From: Balanoglossus misakiensis
Taxonomy: Eukaryota > Animalia > Hemichordata
Direction: 5' to 3'
Length of the DNA: 64,000 bases
Assembly: GCA_040954595.2 (NCBI GenBank)
Contig: CM082577.2
Location: 15,941,903 to 16,005,902 of the forward strand
Of this stretch, positions 50,461 through 63,670 are shown piece by piece. Numbering within the stretch: position 1 is the stretch's first letter; each line of letters opens with the position of its first letter. The translations under genes and the position numbers were made by a program. The notes beneath the pieces were generated by a model. It did not search any database. It was not told the origin of the DNA and saw only the letters and a list, made by a program, of their open reading frames with translations.

Positions 50461-52994
50461 AGAGAATTTTAGTCCTGCTGATTATTTTTAGTTTACTTCG
50501 ACGAAGAAGTTCAAGACACCATCATCATGCAAACCAATTTGTATTCAGGCATTCAGACTACGGACATCGATATCGCAATCGTGCAAGCCTCTATACAGAC
50601 AACTTCGCAGCTGACAGCTCTGACTACAAGTGATCGTGACAGCAAATTTCAGTCTGACCTAGAAAATTGATGGGAAATACATGAACTCACACGCTGACCC
50701 GCACAAACACTGGGCACATACGAATATAGAATTGGACAACTAGCAGTTCAAGTCAACTACAAAAAAGGTCGAAACGACATCATAACAGAAATAGGGTAAT
50801 AATGTAATTGTTTTTCCTTTGTATTTTGGACTTACCTAAAACAATATTATTAGAATACCTTACTAAATTCAATATCAATACATCTGCATTTTAGGCACAA
50901 ATTGAATTGTAAGAAATGATCACCCCAATCATATTACAATAACCAGCCAAACACTCTGCTATTCTCTACTACAGGCTGAAAACCAAACAAGCCAATGATC
51001 TGCATGGTGCTGCTGCCGGTAGTAGTGGTGGACAAAGCCTGGACTAAACACACTGTTAATTCCTGTGGAATTTCTGTACTGTACTTCCAAAAAAATCAGA
51101 ATTAAAACAAAAAGCCATTTATGGTTAAATTCACATGGGAATTTTGTTTCAACTCATCATTATGCCTACAAACCTTAAACACGAACAGCATAACAACACT
51201 CGAACTATCAGTCCTAGTTGTAAAGTGAAAAAACATTAATCAGAAATTATTTTTTTGGCATAACTACTGTAGCCAAACTACAGATTTATTAATGTTAAAC
51301 GTTCTGCTCAAACCACAAAGGTCTTACGTACACGACATCCACCACTTGCCTCCAATTCCAGTCTCCATTATTTTCAAACTGACCAACGACAAAAACTCAA
51401 TCTGCATAATAAATTGTAAGGGACAGTTTTGTTTTTACGGCTGGGTATCTCATTAGTTAATTATTTTACTTTTCATTAAATGTTTAATTAGTTCTAGAAG
51501 TTGAAGCAAACTTGTTTTAGTTCGCATGCCACGGCTAGTGTGCTGGCATTAAAGGTTACGTGGCAGCTTGGTACACTGAATTAGACGGAAAATGTCGATC
51601 TGCATCCGTGTATGCGATGAAATTTTTGAACTAAAACGCCGGTTACAGTGGATCAACGTAGCAAAATGTAACAATGTAGAAATGGTTAATGGCCACCACC
51701 CTAACTTTCCAGTAAAAGAACACACGATTGGCAGAACTGTGAAACCCTGTTTGTATTTCGATTTTCGAAAATCGAAAAACGAAATACAATATCAACTCCC
51801 AAATGCCAACTTGTAGATTCACTCGACATTTTAGAAAGTGGATACGTTATAGTGGTTTGGTATTCGAAACAGACCGAAACAACGTCAAATAAGGAATCGG
51901 TTGGTCTAGGTTATTGATAGGGGTTTCACTTGGGTTAGCCATGGACCCTTCACCTATGACCAAAAAATGATGACCCACCTCCCCCCTTAACAGGCCAAAA
52001 CAATGACTAACCCCACCCCTAGGAAAACGTAACACAACTACTTGTGCAGGAAAAAGGCTTGTTTCCAAAGGCCTGCTTGCCGTCCCGATCTTATGTACAC
52101 TGTATGCAATAAAGCCAACACATCTCATTTGTAAATTTCTTTCAAAAAATATAATTGAGTTGTATAAAAGTAAAGTGTTTTAAAGAAATCTGTAAATAAA
52201 TTAAAATGACAAGTCAATACAACACTTGGTACAATTGGTAAAACAAGAAAAGTGAAGGGGATGGGTCTGGTAAAATTATGTAAAATATGCAGCTCAAACT
52301 TGCATTTCAATGAACTGAAAAGGAAATTAACTCAATTATGGGGAGGACAAATTTCACTTTTGCCACCCAAAGTTAGCATCGGTGGGGTGCCTAAGAATGA
52401 AGGGGATGGGTGTAGAAGATTAGAAAATTTTGTGAAATGAAGGGCTCGAAACTGCAATTTTTGTGTGACCACTAAAACTACATATTTATATGTACTTAAA
52501 CGTACTGCTCAATCTACCATTACCCTATGTATTGCTTTAGCTTTCACAGTTTGCCTAGGTTTCCCAGTATTGTAAATGTTCTCTTTTTATATGTCTTTTA
52601 TTAAAAATAATTTGTCCAACTTCATGTACTGTCTTAAATGTTATCCATCTTGACATGACAACTTCAACTAATCATGTAATACAACTAGGCACAACTGTTA
52701 CTCTCTACATCCCAAGATTTCCAATTGTCAACCTTACATTTCATTGCAATCATGTCCCACACATACAATCTGTACTTTGTCACCTTAAACCTCTCCAAAC
52801 AGAATCCTGACTTTTCAGTACCTTCCACACTTAGTCTTTCACAATTCCACACACAAAATTTCCATTCAACCAACCACATTTTTATAATAACATGTTTGTA
52901 CCACGATTCCTTCTACAGCTCAAACAGCAACAACACCAACCAACAGTGACACTGAACAATATGACATCCAGGTTAACAAGTGTACCACCATCGA

Positions 52995-53723
52995 TGCAAC
53001 TCGTTTGCTGGGTTTTTGCGAATAAATGAAATACTTAGTGTCAAATTGAATGATATTACAATAGCAAATTCCCATATGGAAATCAATGTTTGCAAGTGTA
53101 AGAATGACAAGTTTAGAGAGGGCCATACAATTGTTATACCAAGATCAGGCAAAGTTACTTGTCCAGTTTCTGTAACTGAGCACTACATTTGCTGTTTTGG
53201 GGAGACTTTTGAATCAGATTATGTGCTAATTCGCCATTTACGTCACATGAGGAATGAGTTAATACCTCATAAGCATGTTGGCATTTCATACACTACTGCT
53301 AAGGAGCTTATGATGGCCGGTATACAGAAAATTTGTTGGGGATATTTCTATCTTTGGCACTTACAGTTTAAGGGCAGGGGAGCAACTGCAGCAGCAAACT
53401 CCAATGTTAATGAGAGATGTTTGGCCAGGCACAGCGGGTGGAAATCAACCAGTTCTAAAGATAGATATTTTGTCGACTTCTTAAGTATGAAACTTGACGT
53501 ACCACGGTCACTTGGCGTATAACGGGTTTCATCTGTTTTCACCTGGAACTACTAACTAGCTTTTCCACTGGTATTGTGGGGTATACGACAACCACTGCAT
53601 GCTACCGCATTTATTGTCTTTTGTCTTATTTTCTTAGTATGATCTAGTTTAGTATAGATTGGATAATTATATGCGTTTCGAAGATTAGCATATAATTACT
53701 ATATCTATTCATAACGTACGTTC
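52995..53723 (+). mobile_element. DIRS/Ngaro tyrosine recombinase 3' fragment
   Basis: FAGFLRINE, KCKND, TCPV, (fs)YSLRAGGATAAA, RHSGWKS..KDRY; 3' hairpin ataattatatgc..gcatataattac. Confidence 0.85.
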
Positions 53724-54357
53724 AGTGACACTGAACAATATGGCATCCAGGTTAATAGGCGTACCAGCATCGAACCAGTTCAAAAATCAACAATTCAATT
53801 CAACTACAAACAACCTCCATCCCTCCAACACAAACTATCGCAAGAGATCAAGGACTCTTTCCATCCAAGAACAGGCAGTAAGTATACACCCAATGACATC
53901 ACACAATCCCCTCAAAGCCACATCTCAACTACTGTGGAATATTTTATTTTTATGGAAAATTATTTCCACTGAACACATACATTTCCATTTCCAATACTAC
54001 TTGTCAACACCTTTGCAACAAAATGAAAACTCTGACTTTGCACTAAAATTTTATTTCGCCTGACAACCCAGTCCAACATCATATCAACAACACCAATTGC
54101 CACCCTTTCCCCTCTCTACAACAAACAGTTTCCTTAAATTCCACACCCACTTTCATTTTCTTTCCTCAAGGTCACCTTCAAGGCTACAGTAATAACAGAA
54201 CCCACCTCCGACACCATCACCACAAAGGATGGAACTCACCTCACCATAACAAAATTCCACCGCGCGGATCACAAGACTCTGAGGATCTTGAGGTCTTTCT
54301 CTTGCAACAGGTGCAACCCATCACCCACACCCCATCATTTCTAGTCACCACCACCTG

Positions 54358-54552
54358 GTGGTGGTTTCAAAGTCCGTATACTCCAACTGATGTTTCCGAG
54401 TACAATGAATGTTATTATTGATATATGGAAGGAGACCCCTACCCATTCCAGAAATTCTATCCTTTATGTATAAATCAAAACCAGGCACAGCAAAATCAAG
54501 ACTTGCATGAGATTCCCCAAGAAAGGTTTCCACTAAAATTAAAATATCGAAG
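54358..54552 (-). mobile_element. CR1/L2 LINE APE endonuclease fragment
   Basis: ETFL..FAVPGFDLYIKDRISGMGRGLL.YI..HCTRKHQLE; inverted paralog at 63485-63670. Confidence 0.7.
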
Positions 54553-54816
54553 GATGTCGACTTTTATGATTCATCGTGGATGTCACGGAAGAGAAAGTGC
54601 CTTCAAGTGTAATGCATATGTGGACAGTGCTGTAAAGACAGAGTGGAGTTTAACGCTCATATTATAACCGGTCATTTTATGTAGAGGTATAGAGTGGTAG
54701 TATTTACAGAGTTCTTTCTGGTGTTGGTAAATGGGTTAACCCTTTCACCCCTGTCTTCATATATAGAGGTCCAACACTGCCATTGAGAACAATGGCAGTG
54801 GACCAAACCATATTGG

Positions 54817-54984
54817 CAAAAAGTTACCAACGGAGTTCTTTCACCTTTTCCCCACTAGGGTTGAAAAGTCGCAGCGCCAACCGTAGTACCTACCAGGTTA
54901 GTAACCGGTATTTACTACAATTGGCGCTGCGACTTTTCAACCCTAGTGGGGAAAAGGTGAAAGAACTCCGTTGGTAACTTTTTG
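54817..54984. repeat. Long palindrome with 64-bp perfect arms
   Basis: 54817-54880 is the exact reverse complement of 54921-54984; the 40-bp spacer is itself partly self-complementary. Confidence 0.95.
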
Positions 54985-56122
54985 AGGGAAAGTAGTCGGA
55001 GTACTCGCTATCGTTCAAGTTGCGTTACGGCTTTCCGCTTGAAACTTATAGGAGTAGTGCGGACACCCAAGTGCTTTCAGTTTTCAACACTTGCACCAAA
55101 AAAACGTCTTCATTAGTTTTTCTGGTGGGAGACAGAGAACTAGTGGCAGTCGAGAGAAAACTGGGAATGAATCTCCAGTTGTTCCGGTAAAACTTGTAAT
55201 ATTTATTGAAGTTCGGACAGCTGGGGCCAAGTTCAAGAGACACAGTGAGGGGGATTTTCCGTTACTGTGCCGTTTTTTCCTGTACACGTTTCAAGGAAAA
55301 TTTCACAACTTATTTTCTGTGTTGTTTTACGTGTACTTTGTCTTACCGTATTTTTGTGTGTACGGGCGAACTTCCGAACACGGCAAGGTAAGATTTGCAG
55401 TTATACTTCCTAGCCCGTTATACTGCCGTTGTGTGTGTACGGGTAGCGTGGAAAGTAAATTTCTGCTAATATTGGTGCAGATATTGCATAGACGAGGAAG
55501 CCATTTTTGACGAGGAAGCCATTTTCGTCAAGGAAGCCAGTTCTGTACACCGCACTTGTCGTGATAGTCTTGCAGACTTTTTGTGCCATATTAACGTAAT
55601 AATTTTACGTACCTTTTGTGCGGACAAGTTCCAGCTTTCAGACATGTTTTTTATCTGCTATTTTTTACTTCTGAAAAGTGTTGCTTTAACAATTTCCACT
55701 TTGTTTCGCATTTTACTAGTTGTACCACACAGTACAGAACTGTTTAACCTCAGCATTTGGTAAGTGTTGAAAATGTTCAATTATTCGCTTATTTCAATGT
55801 TAATTGGTGTCGCATTGTATTACTCAGTATTAATGCGGGTTTTATTATTGTGTGCCGTCCCAATTATGGTATTATTGATATCAGTCGTACTTATTATCAC
55901 ATTATATCACTCTGTATAATTGCGGATTCTATTATTGTTGTGATATAATTGATTGGTCATTGTCATTGATTGTTCTTGTGACAATTTGATCAATTTGGGT
56001 ATTGCTCAGTAAATATTGCGAGTAATATCACCTTGTTAAATATTACTCTGTCCTTGTGTGGGTAATATATATCCGACAACGGTATCTGCAATTTCCATCT
56101 CAATAATTTCCAACGCGCCATC

Positions 56123-58575
56123 ATGAAAGTCAACGTCAACACCAGTACTCTAGGAACTCTTCAATGTCTACCAGGAGTGGGACGGAAAATAGCCAAGGCG
56201 ATTCTGCGATTACGTGAAGCACATGGCTATGTAACTTATGAGATGGTATGCAGTATTCCTAGGTTCAAAGCATCTGAAGAATTCATGGAGATGGCTGACT
56301 TCGAACCACCAGGTGCTTCAGCCAAACCACCAGTGAACACAAGTACCCATCCCGCCCCGTTCTGGGAAGATGAGGAAGACAGCGATAGTGATGAAGATAG
56401 CATGAAGGAATGGATGGAAAAGATTGACAAGGTCACGAAAGAACGCGAAAGCAGACATTTACAGCGATCTTTACGCCATCAGCAACCCAAAGCACCTATT
56501 CGATCGAGGCGATTTGACGAACCAGACTATACGCAGGATAGGGTAAGTCAACATCATACCGACTCTCGGGGGTATGATAGGTCATTCAATCCTGCGTACA
56601 GGCCAGATGCTCCTGCGTATAGTAGACCATATACAAGAAGTGTTCGCGATGAACAGCGATATGCGACCTGGCCTGAAGAGGAGCAGAATTATCGTCCATC
56701 ACGGGTAAATGTGTCGAGACCACGAGCGGGTACATCACCGGAGTATTATGATGGCCATTATCCGACAGATTTCGCTCCTCCCAGAACTCAATCAACCCTA
56801 CTACCAACATGATAACCGGATGGACAGATCAAGTCATCGTCACACCCCGATGTCAGTTCCCAGGACGCTAATTTACGATGGCTCCGGAAATTCAGGCATA
56901 TCAGGTAAAATTCACAAAATTTGCCGAGATGCAGGACATGTCATTTAATGAATGCAAAAGTTATCTGTGCTGGTGCTTAGAGGGAAAAGCAAGTGAAGTT
57001 CATATCAGGATCCGCCAGAAAAACGAAGACGTAACCTATCACGAGCTGCTCAAAAAACTGGAGAAAAGATTCGGCTTGAAAGAGATTCCAGAATCCAGTC
57101 AGCTTCAGTTCGCCCAGATCCGACAGAACACCGAGGAGAAATTAGAAGAATGGGCGGACAGGGTTTATTCACTTGCGATGCAGGCATTTCAAGAAAGCAG
57201 CGATGCCACCATAGAGCTTCAAGCTGTGGTGCGCTTTTGCCAAGTATGTTGTGATCGGGAAGCAGGACAATGGGCAGCAAATCAGCCTCCAACTTCCATC
57301 GAAGCAGCGATCGACACCGTCAAACGATTCCAGTATAATCATCAAGCAATCTATGGCATCCGATCGCAGAGGCGGGGAGTGCGATTTGTAAGTTCTGATC
57401 CGGAATACCCGAAAACCAACATCGAAGCACGATCTGTATCCAGGTACGAGCAAAACCAATCACCCTCTCCTGAAAGAGCTCCCATCCGCTCGAGAAGCAA
57501 AGATGGAGGAATTGAGATGCAGGGGAGGATGTCGAGGTTGGAGGCGCCGATGACGGCAATCAGCGCAACTTTGCAGACCGTCACCACCCAACTGGCCGAA
57601 TTTACCAAAGTGGTGACAACGCAGCAGACATCAAGATACCGATCCTCATCTCCGAGAAGCCGTGGTTGCTATGGGTGTGGCGAGACAGGCCATTTTAAGA
57701 GGGAATGTCCCTATGGAACATCGGAAAAGAAGGAAACAGCGCCGGCCAGTCCATTAAACACCAAAGGGTCAAGCCCAGAGGCCAAAGTTTGACCCAACAA
57801 CCCATAACCTATGGCCTTAACGCTTCCACGGAGGGCGATCGCAATTGTGATATTGACGTGCCATCGCCATCAGCTAAACCGGTAATACCTGATGTCAATA
57901 CACATTGTGTAGATGTGTTTACAACCACTATACCAACTCCAACTGATGATGGTACACATTGCGCAGATGTGACCAACTCAACATTGGTAAAGACAAAATC
58001 GTCAAAGACCAGTATAGCAACATCTGAAGCTAATGACATGCCCATGGTTGTCATTAATCAACTTGTGTCCAGTTCAATGTATAGCATCCCAGCAAAAATT
58101 GGAGACCAGTCTGCTACCGTTATCATCAATACCGCCGCAGAAGTCACTATCATCTCTGACCAACTGTACAACAGTCTGCGAGTAAAACCTCCAATATTGC
58201 GGGAAGTTACCATGCAAACAGCTGGAAGACAACCAACCTGGTCGGACCCGTTCACATCCAGCTAGGACGTGCCGTCTTCAATGCCGATATATACGTAGCC
58301 CCAATAGGCGACGAGCTGCTACTGGGAGTTGATTTCCTACAAGCAAATGGAGCAACCATCAACATGAGTAACAACTGGCTCCATTTGAGGGAGGAAAACA
58401 TACCTGTGACCCTTGGACAGAGGGATCATCACCAAAAGTGGCAAAGGTAACTTTGAAGCGACGGACAATCAAGTTAGCGGTACCTCTGTGCAGTGTAACA
58501 GGTAAGAAACCATTCAACTGGGGGTATGAGCAACATCAAGCTTTTGAGGACATCAAGAAAACACTCACCAGTTCG
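56123..58575 (+). mobile_element. Gypsy LTR retrotransposon remnant: HhH-Gag (capsid, CCHC knuckle), protease, short pol fragment
   Basis: VNVNT..LQCLPGVGRKIAKAI (HhH); YDGSGN..LCWCLEGKA (capsid); CYGCGETGHFKRECP; IINTAAEVTII and LLGVDFL (protease, D>N); FNWGYEQHQAFEDIKKTLTS; frameshifts and a large deletion. Confidence 0.9.
57753..57817 (+). promoter_or_regulatory. Candidate -1 ribosomal frameshift signal (gag-pro)
   Basis: A TTA AAC heptamer, 6-nt spacer, stem gggtcaagc/gtttgaccc; loop aggcca is complementary to tggcct (57812-57817); the protease ORF is in the -1 frame. Confidence 0.7.
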
Positions 58576-59269
58576 TGTTCAGTCTAAAATAAGACATCGT
58601 TTCTTCGTGGAAAGCGCCTGCGCAATAGTACATATTAATATTAATTAGCTAATGCGGAAGTATTGTACGCAGAGTTATGTTTGGCTGTTTTCGGTCCTTA
58701 TTTAAAGCCCATATGCCGTTCATTCGACTATTTTCGGATTTAACATCATCTAGAGAGGTCAGTGGACACAATGGCGGAGTTTCAGCGAGGTAAGTTCAAA
58801 ACTTTGCCAGCTACGATCGATCGAATTTTTGGTTGTTGTGGACGCTGATATCAGCATATTTTGCTGCCTGACCAACAAGTAATACCACTTTTTCTTGGTC
58901 CTTCTTTTGTATAATTGTACTCGTTCAATAGGCGTTTTTTTTTCAATTTTCTGACGAACAAGAAAGTAATCTTTCCATTGATGTATGACAGGTGGTAACT
59001 GGTCATTGGGGAAAAATGGGGAAAACTTTTAAAAATTTCTTAGTCGTGTTGATCATGACATGCATGTCAGTAATGAATCTCGTATGTGTAGTTCTAGTCA
59101 ATTGTACATGTATTAGTACCGATGCTCGGTGTACGGACATACCATCAGCCACAGAACGTGACAGACTCGCAAATCTTGGACTCGGCTGTTGATAACTGAA
59201 GATGGATAGAGATGGAAATTTTCACCACATCCAAGAAGTTATTTATAATGCATACCCCTAACTGTAAGA

Positions 59270-59795
59270 AGGAGGATTTTTATTGTATCGTTCCACTGGG
59301 GCGGGTAGAGCCATTTAGTAGAAATCTCCATGCCACCAGGAGGTTATGAAAGCACTGAGTAAGGAAGCGGGATTATCTAAGACGTACATTAACCATTGTA
59401 TTCGAGCCACGACATGTAAACTTCTCGGTGATGCTGGATTTGACACACGTCACATCATGTACGTTAGCCGTCATGTGAATGAAGCCAGTGTCAAAAGTTA
59501 CTCCAATCAACCTTCCATTGACCAAAAACGTCAGCTGTCATCGTGTCTTTCAGACAGCGTTTATGGAAACGACCGCGGTCGTGATCTCGAAATCCCATCT
59601 CATGCCAGTAAATCTGGTGAAGGTTTTTATCCGCCGGTCCTGTCCAGAATAGTCTCGAACAACGTTAACAACCAGTTTCAAATCCATATAACATCGATCA
59701 ACAAACCGTGGTTGCGACATCAATGTCAGTGTCCCGCCACAATCACCTCTCCAGTATGTTCACCAACTATACCTTTCAAGCGCCTGTATATGTGA
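59270..59795 (+). mobile_element. Crypton-type tyrosine recombinase C-terminal remnant
   Basis: MKALSKEAGLSKTYINHCIRATT..L..AG..RHIMYVSRHVNEASVKSY (H-x-x-R..H..Y, DUF3504-like). Confidence 0.85.
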
Positions 59796-59879
59796 CCTTG
59801 TCAGGTATAGTCTAGACCCACCACAAATTGCAACAGAATTTTTTTCTTCACAATGCATTTTGGAGAGGTGTCTAGAACA

Positions 59880-61600
59880 GCATATTAAAAATGCACCCGA
59901 ATCCACTTGATTGCAGTGCATTATGTGGCCCATCAGATGGAACTTGCTATCACGCAATCCTTGAAAACTTGTAAGTATTTTGAAGTCGTCGAAGTTTTTC
60001 TGGTCAATGTCTACAAGTTCTACAAGAACTCTCCATTGAACTGGACAAACTTACAGCTTGCTGGAGAAGCAACTAACGTACGTGTCTACAAACTTTCCAA
60101 CGTTTTGGGCACTAGATGGATAGGCCACCATGAGCGTGCGCTCATCAATGTTACCCAGAATCGCAAGGCATTGGTCATTCACCTTGATCAAGTTTACATT
60201 GATGGGCAATCATCCGACGCCAAGAACAAAGCCAAAGGGTTTGTCAGACTACTGAAATCATACAGATTTGTCAAGTCCCTCTACCTGCTGCTTGACATAT
60301 ACAGAGTACTGTCACGTCTGTCATTAATGTTTCAGAAGAATGACAGCTCAGTTGAAACAGTTGAGAGTTGTTTCCGTGCCGCACTTGGAAATCTAGGGGA
60401 ACTTAGAGATAACCCAGGTCCACGAGAGAGAGAATTTAATGGACTTATCACTGTTGAAGGAAGTGATGGTGATAGTGATTGTGATGTCATTACATTTCAA
60501 GGAGTACAAATTAATTTTGATGAAAGAGGTAGACCACAACCCAGACGAGAATGTGACATCATGGTGAACAGAGATAAAGTAGAGTTTATTGACAACTGTG
60601 TGAATCACCTTGAGGCTAGATTTCGTTCATTTGATGAAAATGAAATATTGAACAACGCTAAGGTGTTCAACCAACGGAACTGGCCAGTTGATGATGTAAA
60701 TGGGATGCAGCAGTATGGAAATCTACAAGTAGAACAAATGGCTGCCCACTTTCAAGACATACTTGTACGACAGAACTGTGGCAGTGATGAAATCCCACTA
60801 GAGTGGCGTGAACTGAAGTTAGCTTTGCGTGACACAGTTCTGAATCAACCACAGTTGACATACCTGGATTTCTGGCAACGATTACTGAGACAGCAACTAG
60901 ATGAGTATAGAAATATACTTACCTCAGTCAAGATCATTTTGTTGATACCTATTCACACTAGCGAGTGTGAACGAGGCTTCAGCATCATGAGTAAAATCAA
61001 AACTGACTGGCGTAACAGTCTGTCAACTATCAGACTAAATGAACTGATACGGATCAAGTTGCTGGGTGAACCACTGCACCAGTTTAATCCCCTACCAGCC
61101 GTAAATGCATGGTGGAATGGTGGTAGAAGGGCAAGAAGACCAAATACAACTCCTTATGGTCCCCACATGGTTGACAATGACAATGACAGTGATTGACTTA
61201 CCTGAATATGGTGAAGTGAGGTGAATCCCTCGAGAACTAGTAACGTTCCTGCAAAGTGTTGTGAACAATTATAGAATTGCTTGTTTCTGACAATTTTATT
61301 AATTCCCCCAGGACAAGAAACTTCCATGAAAAAAATTGTTTGAACAATCAGTCATTTTTTCTCTATAAATTTTTGACATACAGATATCATGTCAACTTTA
61401 TTGTAGATCACAATTCAAGAAATGTTACTTTTAATGGAGTAATACAGTAGACTTTAAGTTACATTATCGTTGTCAACTCTTGGAATGAACGACTTACATG
61501 TTTCATTGGTGTGACCACAAAATTTAGTTTTGGACCACCACATTTTTATTTGTGGTGGTCCACTTGGACCACCACATTAAAAATTTAATTTCGAACCCTG
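59880..61600 (+). mobile_element. hAT transposon 3' half (ZNF862-like transposase, right TIR)
   Basis: HYVAHQMELA, TRW, IHTSECERGFS (hATC dimerisation) in ORF 59907-61196; subterminal ggaccacca repeats; ends ..tcgaaccctg. Confidence 0.92.
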
Positions 61601-61853
61601 GTATATATCCTGTATATCGGCACTTGTTCTCTGCTTTGGCAAAGGCCTGTCATGAATGAATGAATGAAAACAGTAGTAACGACGTGCATTGCCATGGCAA
61701 ATACACAATTTGTGACACTATTTTATGTAAATTGGAAATAGAATGACATGTTATGACGTAGCAACTTGTCTGTTGCGGTAGCTAGTAGTGCTACCTGTTA
61801 TCATGGTTATGTCAAATTTTACAGCTGAACCCAAAAATAACGACAGTAAAAAT

Positions 61854-62114
61854 ATACAGCATTACAATCAACAAATAGTAAAAAAAATAAAAAAGTAAAC
61901 AAAAAAACAGGAAAACATTTTAAAAATACAAATAAAATTATGAAACTACTAAATATAAACAAAAAACAGGAAAACATTTTAAAAATACAAATAAAATTAT
62001 GAAACTACTAAATAAACTAAAGTTTCATAATTTTATTTGTATTTTTAAAATGTTTTCCTGTTTTTTTGTTTACTTTTTTATTTTTTTTACTATTTGTTGA
62101 TTGTAATGCTGTAT
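61854..62114. repeat. AT-rich inverted repeat with internal tandem duplication
   Basis: ~94-bp arms 61854-61947 and 62021-62114; part of the left arm is duplicated in the spacer. Confidence 0.88.
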
Positions 62115-63484
62115 GGCGTTTACCAGTCATTTCAGTTTTTCAGTTCTTTTACTATTTTTATTAGTAGTATTTTGCTGTTTTTTTCCTAGATGTTTCTTTT
62201 TTTCCTTACAGTAAAAATATAGAGCATTTTGAAAGCTTATCATGTTTTCTGTCCTTTTCCAACAGTTGTTATTAAGTGTTGATGTTGTAACCACTGCATT
62301 TCATTTTCCCATCTTTCATAACATTGTGTGTAATCATTTCTTTCCAGGTATCTCACGACTCCATCAGAGGAAAGAGCCCATGTTGGTCTGAGTGGTAAAA
62401 AACTGGATGCTGGCCTGAAAAATCTCACAGCCATTTGTGAAGTAAATCAGAAAATAGTGCTAGACAAAGTTGTCTTGGGTGGGGCTTCAAAAGCCAGTGT
62501 TCACCATGAGTTGACTCCTGTCTATGTTACAGTCGAGAAACAGAACAAGTGTGAATCACTAGAAAAGCAAACAAAGGCGCAACTAATAAAACTTGTTCAG
62601 GCAGCTATCGAGAAAGTCAGTGACAGTGACTTAAAGTTTGAATTTTCTGAGACGTTTAGAACTGTAAGAAAGGCCAAAAAGGAGAAACTCATTAAATTTT
62701 ATAGGGAACTTGAGGAAGTCAATGTTTTACAAGCTGCAGAAGAGTTGGCAAAAGATGAACTTGAACCTGAAAGTATTGAATGAACAAACTATATGTAGTC
62801 CAAATTTCATACAGTGCCGAAAATTTGTTCAAACTGATGGGTTTCATAACAAAGGCTCTTACCACAAATAAACACTTGTTTTGTTTTTTCTATTTTTGTT
62901 TTATATAGCAGCACAGGGTCCCCCAGCTCAAATTCTGCCTCACAACAAACCTAGTGTATGTAGTGTGTGTATGCAAAGAGCACTGTATAGTGATTACCAA
63001 GTGTCAATGGAAGATGCAGTATATTTTTGGTGTGCTACAAATACAAAACAACTCAATCTTTGTAAACACAGATAATATATTTATTTGAACAAATAAATAA
63101 TAAACATAAATTTTAAACTCTGTTATAAAGTGTGTCACTGTCTAATATAAATATTTTTTTTACACGGTGCGAACATTTTTGTTGTTGTTAATATCACAAA
63201 TAGAAAAATATTGCTAGACCTTCAAAAGCTGAGTCCTTAGTAACACAAACCTACCCCCTGGTCATGATGTGATGACAAGGCAATGGATCTATGAAGTATT
63301 AAATAAAGAACGCAAAAGGTTCCAACCATCCAATCCATCAACGCCACCCTCACCCATCACTGCTCCAATTGCAACAAACAAGTCGTCCACACCACCTCCA
63401 CATTCGTCCGCTGCTAGCGAGACCTGCCACATGAAACAGTATGCCACTTTGGAATACTGCTAAGTAAAGGATAACAATCCCTTT

Positions 63485-63670
63485 GATATTTTAAGTTTAG
63501 GTGAAACATTTCTTGGTAAATCTCATACAAGTCTTGATTTTGCTGTGCCTGGTTTTGATTTATATATAAAGAATAACATTTCTGGAATGGGTAGGGGTCT
63601 CCTTGCATATATAGATAATAACATTCATTGTACTCGGAAACATCAGTTGGAGTATACGGACTTTGAAATC
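63485..63670 (+). mobile_element. CR1/L2 LINE APE endonuclease fragment (paralog of 54358-54552)
   Basis: ETFL..PGFDLYIKNNISGMGRGLLAYIDNNIHCTRKHQLEYTDFE. Confidence 0.7.

Noticed and set aside
62240-62783. Two short opposed ORFs with protein-like composition
   Set aside because: Probably transposase debris, but no motif I can assign.
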